A DNA stretch of 64,000 nt from an uncultured Fidelibacterota bacterium (GTDB taxonomy: Bacteria; Fidelibacterota; Marinisomatia; Marinisomatales; Marinisomataceae): NCBI GenBank assembly GCA_902525615.1, contig CABZHT010000002.1, forward strand, positions 10,519-74,518. The letters are read 5' to 3'. Position numbers and translations under genes: made by a program. The notes beneath the pieces were generated by a model, which was given only the letters and a program-made list of their open reading frames with translations, had not been told where the DNA came from and ran no database searches. Of this stretch, positions 19,583 through 29,549 are shown one piece after another. Positions within the stretch are counted from its first letter, which is position 1. Every line of letters starts with the position of its first letter.

Positions 19583-20350
19583 TTAAAGTTTATTTTTAAA
19601 AATTTTGTGACCCCAATCAATAATATGCCAGTTTCCATCAAAATCCTCTCCTAATGCAGTGCAGCTATCAACCCAGTCTCCAGAATTTAAGTAATGAAAG
19701 TCATTAATTATTTTATTCTCAGCATGATGAATATGTCCACAAATTACTCCATCATATCCTTTTTTTTCTCCAGAATTAATTAAAGCATTTTCATATTTTG
19801 AAATGACATTTGATGCTATTTTAGCTTTTCTTTTAACATATTTTGATAGCGACCAATATTTACCACCAGTTTTTTTCCTCCACCAATTAAGGATTTGATT
19901 CATCCATAAAATTCTTTCATATACACCTCCGCCTAAATGAGATATCCAGCTAAATTTTGGAGTCATAAAGATATCAAATTCATCACCATGACATACATAA
20001 TATCTTTTTTTATTTACAGATTTATAGGTGCAGAAGTTTTTAATTTTTATTTTCCCGAATTTATTACCAGAAAACTCTTTAAATGTTTCATCATGATTTC
20101 CAGGTAAGTAAGTGACATGAATGCCTCGTTTTGCCATTCCTAGTAACTTTCTAACAATATTAGAATGAGACTTCGGAAATTTCCATTTTCTTTTTAATGC
20201 CCAAATGTCAATTAAGTCTCCAACAATAAATAAATTATCAGTACCTACATCATCTTCAATATAATCTAAAAATTCATATAATAGTTTTGCTTTTGAACCT
20301 CGAGACCCTAAATGAATGTCTGAAATAAAAATAGATTTATATTTTGACAT
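19583..20350 (-). CDS. Metallophosphoesterase, UDP-2,3-diacylglucosamine diphosphatase family (PlcP/LpxH2 type)
   Basis: ISDIHLG, VGDLID, PGNHDE, HGDEFD, YWSLS, VICGHIH and NSGDWVDSCTAL. Confidence 0.88.
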   Translation of the reverse strand: MSKYKSIFISDIHLGSRGSKAKLLYEFLDYIEDDVGTDNLFIVGDLIDIWALKRKWKFPKSHSNIVRKLLGMAKRGIHVTYLPGNHDETFKEFSGNKFGKIKIKNFCTYKSVNKKRYYVCHGDEFDIFMTPKFSWISHLGGGVYERILWMNQILNWWRKKTGGKYWSLSKYVKRKAKIASNVISKYENALINSGEKKGYDGVICGHIHHAENKIINDFHYLNSGDWVDSCTALGEDFDGNWHIIDWGHKIFKNKL

Positions 20351-20426
20351 AATAAAATTAAGCACTTAAAAATTAGTATTGTGTTAGAGACTTGTTTGTT
20401 TTTAGAAAAAAATACTATATTTGCGC

Positions 20427-20687
20427 ATGGAAAAAAGGACTCCAAAAAATACTACAATTAAAATTTATACCACATCCTGGTGCGGGCCTTGTAAAATGGC
20501 AAAAAGACTATTATCTGAAAAAGGTTATAGTTTCACCGAGATTGACATTGAAGAGAACGATATGTCACGCGAACAGATGGCTTCGATTACTAAGGGGCCA
20601 ACAGTACCTCAAATTTTAATTAATGATTTACCTATTGGCGGATTTGAAGATCTTGTTCAGTTGTTTAATACTGAGCCGTTCAAATAG
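20427..20687 (+). CDS. grxC: Glutaredoxin
   Basis: WCGPC, TVPQI and IGGFED. Confidence 0.88.
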   Translation: MEKRTPKNTTIKIYTTSWCGPCKMAKRLLSEKGYSFTEIDIEENDMSREQMASITKGPTVPQILINDLPIGGFEDLVQLFNTEPFK

Positions 20688-21139
20688 TTCTCAAAATCTG
20701 GATCATTTAAAAAATAGTCAATTAAATAACTTATTCTTGCATGAGTATTTGTAATGATAGAATCCAAATTATTAAGCTCTACCCACTTACATTCTGTGAT
20801 ACCCTCACTTTGGTCAGGAACTAAAGTCGTTAAAGGGTCTCCAGTATAATTGATGATAAACCAATAATTTTTTTTTAAAAAAGCTTCACCGTTAACCTTT
20901 TTATAGTATTTTGTTTTTGGAAGTTTATTTATGACAGTTAAATCATTTTCTTTAAGGCCAGTTTCTTCTGAAATTTCTCGAACAGCTGTTGATTCTGTAG
21001 TATGATTGAATTCAATTTTGCCTTTTGGTAAGTCCCACATTCCTCTTTTATAGATAAACAACAATTTTTTATTGCAAAGAACAATGCCCCCAGCAGTATC
21101 AAACTTAGGTGTTGGATTGGATTCTGTATAATAAGTCAT
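20657..21139 (-). CDS. NUDIX hydrolase
   Basis: WDLPKGK...AVREISEETG Nudix box; start MTYY at 21139. Confidence 0.9.
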   Translation of the reverse strand: MTYYTESNPTPKFDTAGGIVLCNKKLLFIYKRGMWDLPKGKIEFNHTTESTAVREISEETGLKENDLTVINKLPKTKYYKKVNGEAFLKKNYWFIINYTGDPLTTLVPDQSEGITECKWVELNNLDSIITNTHARISYLIDYFLNDPDFENYLNGSVLNN

Positions 21140-21938
21140 ATTGTTCTTTTGTAAGATTTTTGAATGTGACACCATGAAATGTAATACTATTTTTGTAAGA
21201 ATCCTTAGACCATTTTTTAGGTTTAAGCTCCTTTTTATTATCATAATGAATTGAAGATAAAACATATCTCATTGCATTAAGCCTGCCAATCATTTTATTG
21301 TTAGCATTGATTACTACCCATGGATTGGTTGCTGTAGAAGTATGATGAAACATTTGATTTTTAAATTGTGAAAAAATATCCCATTTACTCATAGCAATGA
21401 GGTCATTATTTGAAAACTTCCAATATTTTAGTTTATGAGATTGCCTTATTTTAAATCTTAAATTTTGACTGTCTTTGGAAATTGAAAGATAAAATTTTAT
21501 TAAAATTAATCCATTTTGGACTTGTTTTTCTTCCCATTCATTTACTTTTTTCATAAAGTATTTGTATTGCTTTTCATTGCAATAACCCATCGCTGGTTGT
21601 ATTAAAGCTCTTGAATACCATGATCTATCAAAGAAATGAATTTTTCCTTTTTTAGGTAAAAGTTTTTCATAAGTCTTAAACCATCGTTTATTTTGTTTTT
21701 CTGTTGGAATACCAAGCTCAATCACCTTGGCATTTTTAGGAATCAAATGTTCAATGAATCGTTTTATAGTAGAGCCCTTACCAGCAGCATCCCTACCTTC
21801 AAAAATAATTGCTATTTTTTTATTTTTATTTATAACCCATTCTTGAAGTTTTAATAATTCAACTTGAAGACGTCTTTTTTCTATTTCATATTTTTCATGA
21901 TCTAGTTCAGCGTGCGGAAAGGAATTATAAATTATCAT
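21105..21938 (-). CDS. ppk2: Polyphosphate kinase 2
   Basis: FEGRDAAGKG, FDRSWYSR and WKFS. Confidence 0.92.
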   Translation of the reverse strand: MIIYNSFPHAELDHEKYEIEKRRLQVELLKLQEWVINKNKKIAIIFEGRDAAGKGSTIKRFIEHLIPKNAKVIELGIPTEKQNKRWFKTYEKLLPKKGKIHFFDRSWYSRALIQPAMGYCNEKQYKYFMKKVNEWEEKQVQNGLILIKFYLSISKDSQNLRFKIRQSHKLKYWKFSNNDLIAMSKWDIFSQFKNQMFHHTSTATNPWVVINANNKMIGRLNAMRYVLSSIHYDNKKELKPKKWSKDSYKNSITFHGVTFKNLTKEQYDLLYRIQSNT

Positions 21939-22959
21939 TTGTACCCCAAATATCAATAATTTCATTTGAAAAATCAATCTCAGGGTTTTCAATAATTTTA
22001 ATCATTAAATCAACAGGATTTTTATATTGAATTCTTCTACTAGAACTATTTTTAATCCAATCATTAATTGTTGAAGTAGTTAAGTTATTACATGTGGTAG
22101 CTAATTTTAAATCTGATAGAATTTGAGCATTATGCTCCTGCTCTGGTTGTCCTTGTAGTGGTTTACATAACAATTTTTTTCCTAAAAAAATACATTCTGA
22201 AGGTAACTGAAATCCTGCATTGGTTATGACACCTTCTGATTCAATTAAATCTTTTTTAAAATTGACATTTGAAAAGGGTTTTAGTATTACATTATTGACT
22301 TCAAATTGTTCATCGATGTTTGTATAGTAAATAAATTTTTTACTATTAATTTTTGAACAAATATCTAGCATTTTATCTTGCCTTTCCCAAGGCAAGTAAA
22401 CCAAAATAACATCCTTTTTCTGTTTAGCATTATTGCTGTTTTGCAATTTTTCATCAATAAACGGTGGTAAGATTGGTTGGTTAAAATGATAGAAATGTGA
22501 TGCAATTGATTTATCAACTGGGGTAAAAAATTTTGGAAAAAATAAACTAAAAAATTTCATTTTTAAAGTCATGGGTATATTGGTATTGAAAGAGTATTGG
22601 TGACCAACGCCTATACATGGAATATTTAATTTTTTAGCCGCAAAAGCGGATATAGGTTCAAAATCAGTTACTACAACATCGTAATCATTGTTTATTTTAA
22701 AAATATCGTAGAAAAAATTATATATATTTGTATTTAATAAAGTACTAAAATATTGAACCTTTCCATTTTTGATTTTGAAAGTAAATCCCTCTTTAGCAAT
22801 GAAAGGTTCAAATTCTTCTGTATCAAAAAGATCTTTTATATCTCTACCGCTAAAAAGTACTGTAATATTGTGTCCTCTTTTTTTTAGCTCAGATATGAGA
22901 ATTCTTGATCTAGAAATATGACCATTACCAGTAGCAGCTACACCATATAAAATATTCAT
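21925..22959 (-). CDS. MJ1255/VC2487-family glycosyltransferase
   Basis: ILYGVAATGNGHISRS, TDFEPIS, NAGFQLPSE and PLQGQPEQ. Confidence 0.88.
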   Translation of the reverse strand: MNILYGVAATGNGHISRSRILISELKKRGHNITVLFSGRDIKDLFDTEEFEPFIAKEGFTFKIKNGKVQYFSTLLNTNIYNFFYDIFKINNDYDVVVTDFEPISAFAAKKLNIPCIGVGHQYSFNTNIPMTLKMKFFSLFFPKFFTPVDKSIASHFYHFNQPILPPFIDEKLQNSNNAKQKKDVILVYLPWERQDKMLDICSKINSKKFIYYTNIDEQFEVNNVILKPFSNVNFKKDLIESEGVITNAGFQLPSECIFLGKKLLCKPLQGQPEQEHNAQILSDLKLATTCNNLTTSTINDWIKNSSSRRIQYKNPVDLMIKIIENPEIDFSNEIIDIWGTNDNL

Positions 22960-23003
22960 TCAATATTTTAATTTAGTATTGTTATGAAAATGTTTGAAAG
23001 TAA

Positions 23004-23417
23004 TTAGCTTTTCGAAAGTATTTTTCTTAGAACAGTACTTGAGGTATGAGCGGTGTAAGGAAAATAGATTATTTCAACTCCATATTGAGAAAATTCTTTT
23101 TCAATCTGATTCCATTGATCAGTGCCTTTCCAATCATCACCGACAAACATTTTATCAAATTTTAAATTATTCCAAGCTTCTATTTTATCATAGTTAGTTT
23201 GAGGAACTACTTCATCAACATATTTTACTGACCCAACTAAATCCATTCGTTCTTGAAATGGTATGAAAGGTTTTTGATTCTTAGCTGATTCACATAGTTC
23301 ATCGGTACTAACACCTACAATGAGATGATCACACTCTAATCTTGCTCTTTTAAGAATATTTAGATGACCAATATGGAATAGGTCATATACTCCTGTGGTA
23401 TACCCAATTTTTTTCAT
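23004..23417 (-). CDS. tagD: Glycerol-3-phosphate cytidylyltransferase-like
   Basis: GVYDLFHIGH, VGVSTDE, VGDDWKG and TSST. Confidence 0.85.
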   Translation of the reverse strand: MKKIGYTTGVYDLFHIGHLNILKRARLECDHLIVGVSTDELCESAKNQKPFIPFQERMDLVGSVKYVDEVVPQTNYDKIEAWNNLKFDKMFVGDDWKGTDQWNQIEKEFSQYGVEIIYFPYTAHTSSTVLRKILSKS

Positions 23418-23458
23418 TTTCTCCTATTGTGTTATTCAAAATACTTGAATGATAAATA

Positions 23459-24538
23459 CTAACAATTTTTTGTCAAAAATGTGACAATTCTTTTACTAGC
23501 GTTTCCATCAACGACTCCTGCAAGTTTTTCAAGATATTTTTTTGCATTATTCGATAATGTAAAATTAGAATCTAAAAGATTATTAGCTTGAACAATCATT
23601 TCACTATACGAATTGGCTGGCTCAGAGATTTTACCATAATCATCATAGTCTTTATCCATCCTTGCTTTAAATCTATAGGAAAAGATTCCCCTATAATTCC
23701 ATCTAAGTTGTAAGAAGGTGCACCATAATACTGGTTTATTAAGCGCAGCAAACTCAATAATTGCACTAGATGCATCGCTAATCATTAAATCAGCAGATTT
23801 TAAGAAAGGTAAAAGTGAATAATCGTCTACTTTTGCTAGGTATGTGTTATTAAATGATTCCCAATGATTAAGCAAATCTCGTTGTTTGAGATATTTTTGC
23901 TTGCTCATTGAAAAAAAGTGTGGTTTAATGATAATATTATAATTTTCTAAATCAACGGGAAAATTCTTTGAAAACCGTTCTATACTGCTTGGATAAAAAG
24001 TTGGAGCATACAGAATTGTTTTTTTATTATTATCTAATTCAAGAGTTGTGAAATCAATTCCGTCTTCTTCACCATTAATAATTGGATCCATTTTACAAAA
24101 ACCTACATTTTGAAACTTATCTTCTGGATACATTTCGCATAGCCTTTTAAAGCGATAATCGCTTTCAACAAATCTAACCGTTGTAGGAGTATCTGATTTG
24201 GAATAATAGCTTTTTTTAGGACCTACGCCGTGTCCAAGTTGTGCTGTTTTGCTATGGATATGAATTTTATCTAATTCTGGAAAAGTATTACCTAGAAATA
24301 TCCAATCCGGCTTTTCTGATAAGTAAAACTTAAGTGCATAATTTTTATCTTGAACCCATGTAGCAGGTAAGCATTCATCTGCGATAATTTTATTAATTAC
24401 ATCATCAAATTTTCCATGGTGAAAAATAAATTTTGACTTAAAAATAGTATCTTTCTGAAGTTGTTTAAATACTGGTAAGTATTGAGGTAAGTAGTATAGT
24501 TCTTGAACGTCAAAAAATATTGTTAGTTTCTTATTCAT
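23459..24538 (-). CDS. CDP-glycerol glycerophosphotransferase (TagB/TagF-like)
   Basis: HGVGPK, ILYAPTF, IKPH, DLMISDASS and DGNASKRI. Confidence 0.85.
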   Translation of the reverse strand: MNKKLTIFFDVQELYYLPQYLPVFKQLQKDTIFKSKFIFHHGKFDDVINKIIADECLPATWVQDKNYALKFYLSEKPDWIFLGNTFPELDKIHIHSKTAQLGHGVGPKKSYYSKSDTPTTVRFVESDYRFKRLCEMYPEDKFQNVGFCKMDPIINGEEDGIDFTTLELDNNKKTILYAPTFYPSSIERFSKNFPVDLENYNIIIKPHFFSMSKQKYLKQRDLLNHWESFNNTYLAKVDDYSLLPFLKSADLMISDASSAIIEFAALNKPVLWCTFLQLRWNYRGIFSYRFKARMDKDYDDYGKISEPANSYSEMIVQANNLLDSNFTLSNNAKKYLEKLAGVVDGNASKRIVTFLTKNC

Positions 24539-25526
24539 ATTGTCCTGTTAATTTAAAATACTGCTTTAATATCAAAAGCTGAATTAATCTCTCTTGTTTT
24601 ACATCTTTAAATTGTCTAACAAATTTTTTTGCATTTTCGATGATTTCAAGACACTTATCATTTTCATTCATATAAAATTTGATTTTTTCCTCTGCATCAG
24701 AAAAATCATCTTTAACTTTTATATAATGTACTCCATCTTTCAGCTTTCCCTCCATAAACCAGCTCTCATACTTTGGTTTAGGCATAATACAAACTGAGTT
24801 TGAGCTCATCGCCCAATAAAGATTTGTTGAAATACATTTCCCTTCAAGGCAAAAAATAAATTTGTAGTCAAGTTGGTCTTTTATCGACGTAAAAATTTTC
24901 ATCCATGGTACATCTTGTTTTGGACTAGTTTGCCCAATATTAAATAAAGGAGTTTTATAGAAATTTTTAACAAAATATTCCCGATTTGGATTATTTCTTA
25001 TGTCTCCTCTCCATACAGCTTGATTTTTTTTATTTTCAAATTTTTTAGGATCTTTGATAAAATGAAAAAGCTTTATTTGATTTAACTTTAATAAAATAGA
25101 ATTTTGGTTATTGGAATCAATAGGTCTTGATTTAACAAATGTTGGATAAGCAGTATTTTGCTTAGCAATAGCACTATCAATATAATCTTCTGTTGAATAG
25201 ATAAAGTCTACTTTATTTTTAGGATTGAAGAACTTTAACAATAAATAAAAATCAATAAAATGTGAATTTTGTTTGTTTTTTAAAATCTGATTCCACAGTA
25301 ATTCAGATGCGTTTTTACTTTTCTTTGAAACTTTAAAGTTTTCAGTTGTTTTTAAGTAGTACTCCACTCTTGATTCGATGTAATCATGTTGAGAATTATT
25401 ATTTTTTAATATTTGCTTTAAGCTAAGTCTGGATATTATGCTAGGTAGAAAAAATACTAAAGGGATGCATTGTAGGTAGTAAAATAATTTTCGACTCTTA
25501 GCGTTTGAACTATTGAGATTCTGCAT
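24531..25526 (-). CDS. Glycosyltransferase family 90 (LpsA-like)
   Basis: FVKSRP, AVWRG, YKFIFCLEG and ESWFMEGKL. Confidence 0.82.
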   Translation of the reverse strand: MQNLNSSNAKSRKLFYYLQCIPLVFFLPSIISRLSLKQILKNNNSQHDYIESRVEYYLKTTENFKVSKKSKNASELLWNQILKNKQNSHFIDFYLLLKFFNPKNKVDFIYSTEDYIDSAIAKQNTAYPTFVKSRPIDSNNQNSILLKLNQIKLFHFIKDPKKFENKKNQAVWRGDIRNNPNREYFVKNFYKTPLFNIGQTSPKQDVPWMKIFTSIKDQLDYKFIFCLEGKCISTNLYWAMSSNSVCIMPKPKYESWFMEGKLKDGVHYIKVKDDFSDAEEKIKFYMNENDKCLEIIENAKKFVRQFKDVKQERLIQLLILKQYFKLTGQYE

Positions 25527-26335
25527 TAATTAATTCCAAAATCAGTTTTAGTAATCTTAGTTTTTAGTGTCGACTTTCTTATTAATCTATTTTTTGCAAC
25601 TGCATCTTTATTTTTGTAAGGTCTAGTATGATAAAGATGAAGTACAGTTGTTCTATTTCTTACTTGAAGAGATTTGATGCCATTATTATTTAATCTATAC
25701 CCAAGCTCACAATCAAGACCTCCATATTCCATTCGTTCATCAAATCCATTCGCTTTGATAATATCAGATTTCCAAGCAGATGAATTATTACCATTGAAAG
25801 TTGCTTTAGTTGGAGTTAATCGATCTAAAACATTTGCTAGAAATTGATTTTTTATCAACTTAAAATAGTTTTTTCCGATTGGTTGCCCTTGTTTTAAAAG
25901 ATACTTTTTGGTAAAGCAGATTTGAGATTTAATATCTTTTATTGTTAATAAATTGGATACTCTTTCTGAAATAGGAAAATGACCACCAGAAAGAAAATAA
26001 TCTTTTTGTGCCAATCTCGAATGAGTTTCTAAAAAGTTGGAATCAGGAATACAATCACCATCTGAAAAAACTAAATAATCATTTGAAGATTTCATTATTG
26101 CGGCATTTAATATTTTACATTTTCTAAACCCATTATCTTTATGCCAAACATGATAAATTTTTTGTGGAATTAATTGCTCAAATTTTGCAATCATTTCTTT
26201 GGTTTTATCTGAAGAGCCATCATCTGCAATAATGATTTCAAAATCGTTAAAAGTTTGAAAGCAGTATCCAGTAAGCACTTTTTCTAAAAAATGAGGCTTA
26301 TTGTATGTTGATATGATAACAGATATTGATGGCAT
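25526..26335 (-). CDS. Glycosyltransferase family 2
   Basis: SVIISTYN, IADDGS, FSDGDC and NGFDE. Confidence 0.9.
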   Translation of the reverse strand: MPSISVIISTYNKPHFLEKVLTGYCFQTFNDFEIIIADDGSSDKTKEMIAKFEQLIPQKIYHVWHKDNGFRKCKILNAAIMKSSNDYLVFSDGDCIPDSNFLETHSRLAQKDYFLSGGHFPISERVSNLLTIKDIKSQICFTKKYLLKQGQPIGKNYFKLIKNQFLANVLDRLTPTKATFNGNNSSAWKSDIIKANGFDERMEYGGLDCELGYRLNNNGIKSLQVRNRTTVLHLYHTRPYKNKDAVAKNRLIRKSTLKTKITKTDFGIN

Positions 26336-26391
26336 CAAATAAATTATTTAGAGGCAATCTTATAAGCCATTTTTTTTTAAATTAAATCCTC

Positions 26392-27072
26392 ATGAGTGTA
26401 AAGATTAAAAAACAATGCATTGTATTGCTTAGTGGCGGTCTTGATTCTTCTACAGTTTTAAACATTGCTTTAGAAAATTATGATGTGACAGCGCTTATAT
26501 TTGATTATGGACAAAGACATAAGTTTGAAATTTCAGCAGCAAAGAAAATTGCCGGATTTGTAGATATCCCAATTAAATTAATTACAATAGATTTAGGGCA
26601 ATTTGGAAATTCTGCTCTTACTGATAATATCGAAGTACCTAAGAATCAAGACATTGGAAAAGAAATTCCAATAACATATGTTCCAGTAAGAAATACAATA
26701 TTCCTCTCTTACGCGCTAGCTTACGCTGAAGTAAATAATATTTTTGATATATTTATCGGTGTAAATGCATTGGATTACAGCGGCTATCCAGACTGTAGGC
26801 CTGAGTTTATTGAAGCTTTTGAAAAGATGGCAAATGAGGGAACTAAATTTGCACAAGGAAAAAAGAAAATAAAAATTCATACTCCATTAATTAGTTTAAC
26901 AAAAGCAGAAATAATTTTAGCAGGGACCAAATTGAATGTTGATTACAAGCTGACTCACTCATGCTATGATCCTTCAATTGATGGGTTATCTTGCGGAGAG
27001 TGTGATGCTTGCATTCTCAGGAAAGAGGGTTTTGCTTCTGCCGGGATAAACGATCCAACAAATTATATATGA
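26392..27072 (+). CDS. queC: 7-cyano-7-deazaguanine synthase
   Basis: SGGLDS, DYGQRH, YVPVRN, YPDCR and CGECDAC. Confidence 0.96.
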   Translation: MSVKIKKQCIVLLSGGLDSSTVLNIALENYDVTALIFDYGQRHKFEISAAKKIAGFVDIPIKLITIDLGQFGNSALTDNIEVPKNQDIGKEIPITYVPVRNTIFLSYALAYAEVNNIFDIFIGVNALDYSGYPDCRPEFIEAFEKMANEGTKFAQGKKKIKIHTPLISLTKAEIILAGTKLNVDYKLTHSCYDPSIDGLSCGECDACILRKEGFASAGINDPTNYI

Positions 27073-27701
27073 GTTATTCTGTAAAAGAAATTTATTTAAC
27101 GCTTCAAGGTGAGGGCTTCCATACAGGAAAACATGCTGTATTCTGTAGATTTTCTGGTTGCAATCTTTGGACAGGACTTGAAAAAGATCGAGAAAAGGCT
27201 ATATGTAATTTTTGCGATACAGATTTTGTTGGAACGGATGGAATAAATGGTGCGAAATATTCAAGTGCAGAACAATTAGCAAGTAAAATTGATGAATTAT
27301 GGCAAAAAGATTCTAAAGAAAAATTTGTTGTATTTACGGGCGGGGAACCTTTGTTGCAGTTAAATAAAGAATTGATTGATATCCTTCATAAAAAAAATTT
27401 TAAAATCGCAGTTGAAACCAATGGAACAATAATTCCTCCAAAAAATATAGATTGGATATGTGTTAGTCCAAAAGAAGGAGCTGAGTTTAATCTGAGCTAT
27501 GGAAATGAACTCAAACTAGTTTATCCGCAAAAAGGTATTAATCCTGAACAGTTTAAAAATTATGATTTTGATCACTTTTTTCTACAACCAATGGATGGAA
27601 AAGATTTGCAAAGAAATATCTTGCAAAGTGTATCTTACTGTATCGAAAATCCGTTATGGCGTTTAAGTTTACAAACACATAAAATAATGGGTATAGATTG
27701 A
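27069..27701 (+). CDS. queE: 7-carboxy-7-deazaguanine synthase (CX14CX2C radical SAM variant)
   Basis: TLQGEG, CNLW...CNFCDT, TGGEP, ETNG, VSPK and LSLQTHK. Confidence 0.95.
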   Translation: MSYSVKEIYLTLQGEGFHTGKHAVFCRFSGCNLWTGLEKDREKAICNFCDTDFVGTDGINGAKYSSAEQLASKIDELWQKDSKEKFVVFTGGEPLLQLNKELIDILHKKNFKIAVETNGTIIPPKNIDWICVSPKEGAEFNLSYGNELKLVYPQKGINPEQFKNYDFDHFFLQPMDGKDLQRNILQSVSYCIENPLWRLSLQTHKIMGID

Positions 27702-27702
27702 T

Positions 27703-28074
27703 ATGTTTAGACTAAAAAGAAAATATGAATTTCATGCTGCTCGAAAATTAATTGCTTTACGCGATAATCATCCCTGCGGAGAGCTTCACGGTCACACATT
27801 CACTGTTACTATTAAGGTTTCGGGAAATCAACTTACTGATGAAGGGTGGATTATGGATTTCTATGATATAGATAACTTATTCAAGGAAAAAGTTTATAAA
27901 ACTCTTGATCATAAATATCTTAATGACATTGAAGGGTTATCAAATCCAACAACTGAACATGTAGCAATATGGATTTGGAATAAGTTAGAGAATGATCTTT
28001 CAGGGCTGTCATCAGTTTCAGTTAGTGAAGGCAATAGTTATGGATGTAAATACTATGGAGATAAAAATGCCTAA
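27703..28074 (+). CDS. queD: 6-carboxytetrahydropterin synthase
   Basis: CGELHGH, MDF, LDHKYLN and PTTE. Confidence 0.93.
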   Translation: MFRLKRKYEFHAARKLIALRDNHPCGELHGHTFTVTIKVSGNQLTDEGWIMDFYDIDNLFKEKVYKTLDHKYLNDIEGLSNPTTEHVAIWIWNKLENDLSGLSSVSVSEGNSYGCKYYGDKNA

Positions 28075-28453
28075 AGCAGATGGAAAAGAATTTAGCTTTT
28101 TAAGCGAAGAATATATTGATTCATCATACCTGGAAACTTTTAATTTTGATAGTAAGAATCAGTACATTAAAACTACTACAAGAGAATTTAGTGCCGTATG
28201 CCCGTTTAGCGGTCTTCCTGATTTAGCAGATGTGATAATCGAATATTATCCGGAAGGTGAAAAGTGCGTTGAGCTCAAATCGTTAAAATATTATTTTGTC
28301 AGCTTTAGAAATGTTGGAATATATCAAGAAGCAGCAACTAAAAGAATTTATGATGATTTAAAATCATTATTAAACACATCTAGGTTAAAAATAACTACTA
28401 TTTATAATACTAGAGGCGGTTTTGATACTACATGCATAGAAGGAGAGCTGTAA
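28067..28453 (+). CDS. queF: preQ0 reductase (unimodular QueF)
   Basis: [21 protein letters not shown] and RGG. Confidence 0.93.
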   Translation: MPKADGKEFSFLSEEYIDSSYLETFNFDSKNQYIKTTTREFSAVCPFSGLPDLADVIIEYYPEGEKCVELKSLKYYFVSFRNVGIYQEAATKRIYDDLKSLLNTSRLKITTIYNTRGGFDTTCIEGEL

Positions 28454-28454
28454 T

Positions 28455-29021
28455 ATGAATTACTTTCAAAGGCTTAAAAAAGCTATATTTTTAGATGTTG
28501 CTTTTTATGAAGAGGTTGAAAAAGATAAAAAGTTTACCGATCAAGCGATGATGACAGTCGCTTTAGTTTCAGTTGTTCAAGGTATTATGATTGCAGGATT
28601 TGCTCCCATTGCCTTAGTCCAAGGTATATTAGGTAGTCTCATTAGGTTTCTCATATGGGCGTTTTTTATTGCATTTGTAGGAACAAGAATTTTACCAGAA
28701 CCAGAAACCGAATCTAACACCGGGGAATTAATAAGAACTCTAGGATTCGCCTATGCTCCAGGTTTACTTGTAGTTTTAAAAATTTTTCCAATCATAAGTA
28801 CTTTTGTTGATCCCTTTGTAACAATCTTACAACTTGCTGCAATGACTATCGCTGTAAGACAAGCCCTTGATTTCAATAGTACAGTAAGAGCTGTTGGAGT
28901 ATGTATTGTTGCATTGATATTAATGATTGTTGCATTAACCTTGTTTATTGGGTTTACCGCATTTTTCGTTGGAGTTGCTGAAAACGCACTTGCGCCTACT
29001 ACTCCATTAATGGAAACGTAA
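28455..29021 (+). CDS. YIP1-family membrane protein
   Basis: FYEEVE, LIRTLGFAYAPG and AVRQALD; multiple TM segments. Confidence 0.75.
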   Translation: MNYFQRLKKAIFLDVAFYEEVEKDKKFTDQAMMTVALVSVVQGIMIAGFAPIALVQGILGSLIRFLIWAFFIAFVGTRILPEPETESNTGELIRTLGFAYAPGLLVVLKIFPIISTFVDPFVTILQLAAMTIAVRQALDFNSTVRAVGVCIVALILMIVALTLFIGFTAFFVGVAENALAPTTPLMET

Positions 29022-29024
29022 ATT

Positions 29025-29537
29025 TTGATTGAATTAGTAGACTATACTGAAGACCTGTTTGATATTATTCTCAAATCAAACAACGTAAATAAACCGCAGG
29101 TAGGTTTTTTAAAAAATGAAAGACTTGATTTACTCTTAAATCAAGCCAATTATTGTAAAGTTGCAAAATTAAATAATGAATTTGCAGGATTTTTGCTTTG
29201 TCTTCCGGAAAGTAAAGAATATGATAGTCCAAATTATCAATGGGTATCTAAAAGATATTCTAATTTTGTATATATTGATCGTATTTCAATACTTCCAAAA
29301 TTTCAAAATGAGAAGATTGGATCTGCTCTTTATACTGATTTAATTTATTTTTCAGCGTTGGAGGGATATGATTCTATTTTATGTGAAGTAAATATAATGC
29401 CACCTAACCCAGGTTCAATTAGATTTCATAAAAGGTTTGATTTTGAAGAATGTGGTTCGCAATTTACAGAAGGCGGAACTTTGGAGAGTTATGACTATTC
29501 TGTAGAAGTTCAATTTTTAAAAAGAGACTTAAAATAA
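29025..29537 (+). CDS. GNAT acetyltransferase
   Basis: YDSPNYQW, YIDRI and CEVNIMPPNPGSIRFH. Confidence 0.85.
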   Translation: MIELVDYTEDLFDIILKSNNVNKPQVGFLKNERLDLLLNQANYCKVAKLNNEFAGFLLCLPESKEYDSPNYQWVSKRYSNFVYIDRISILPKFQNEKIGSALYTDLIYFSALEGYDSILCEVNIMPPNPGSIRFHKRFDFEECGSQFTEGGTLESYDYSVEVQFLKRDLK

Positions 29538-29549
29538 GAAAGGAATTCT

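Noticed and set aside
26339-26391. preQ1 riboswitch upstream of queC (AGAGGC...GCC)
   Set aside because: Lacks the GGUUC loop, the complementary CCUCU and the A-rich tail; only a 4-bp stem.
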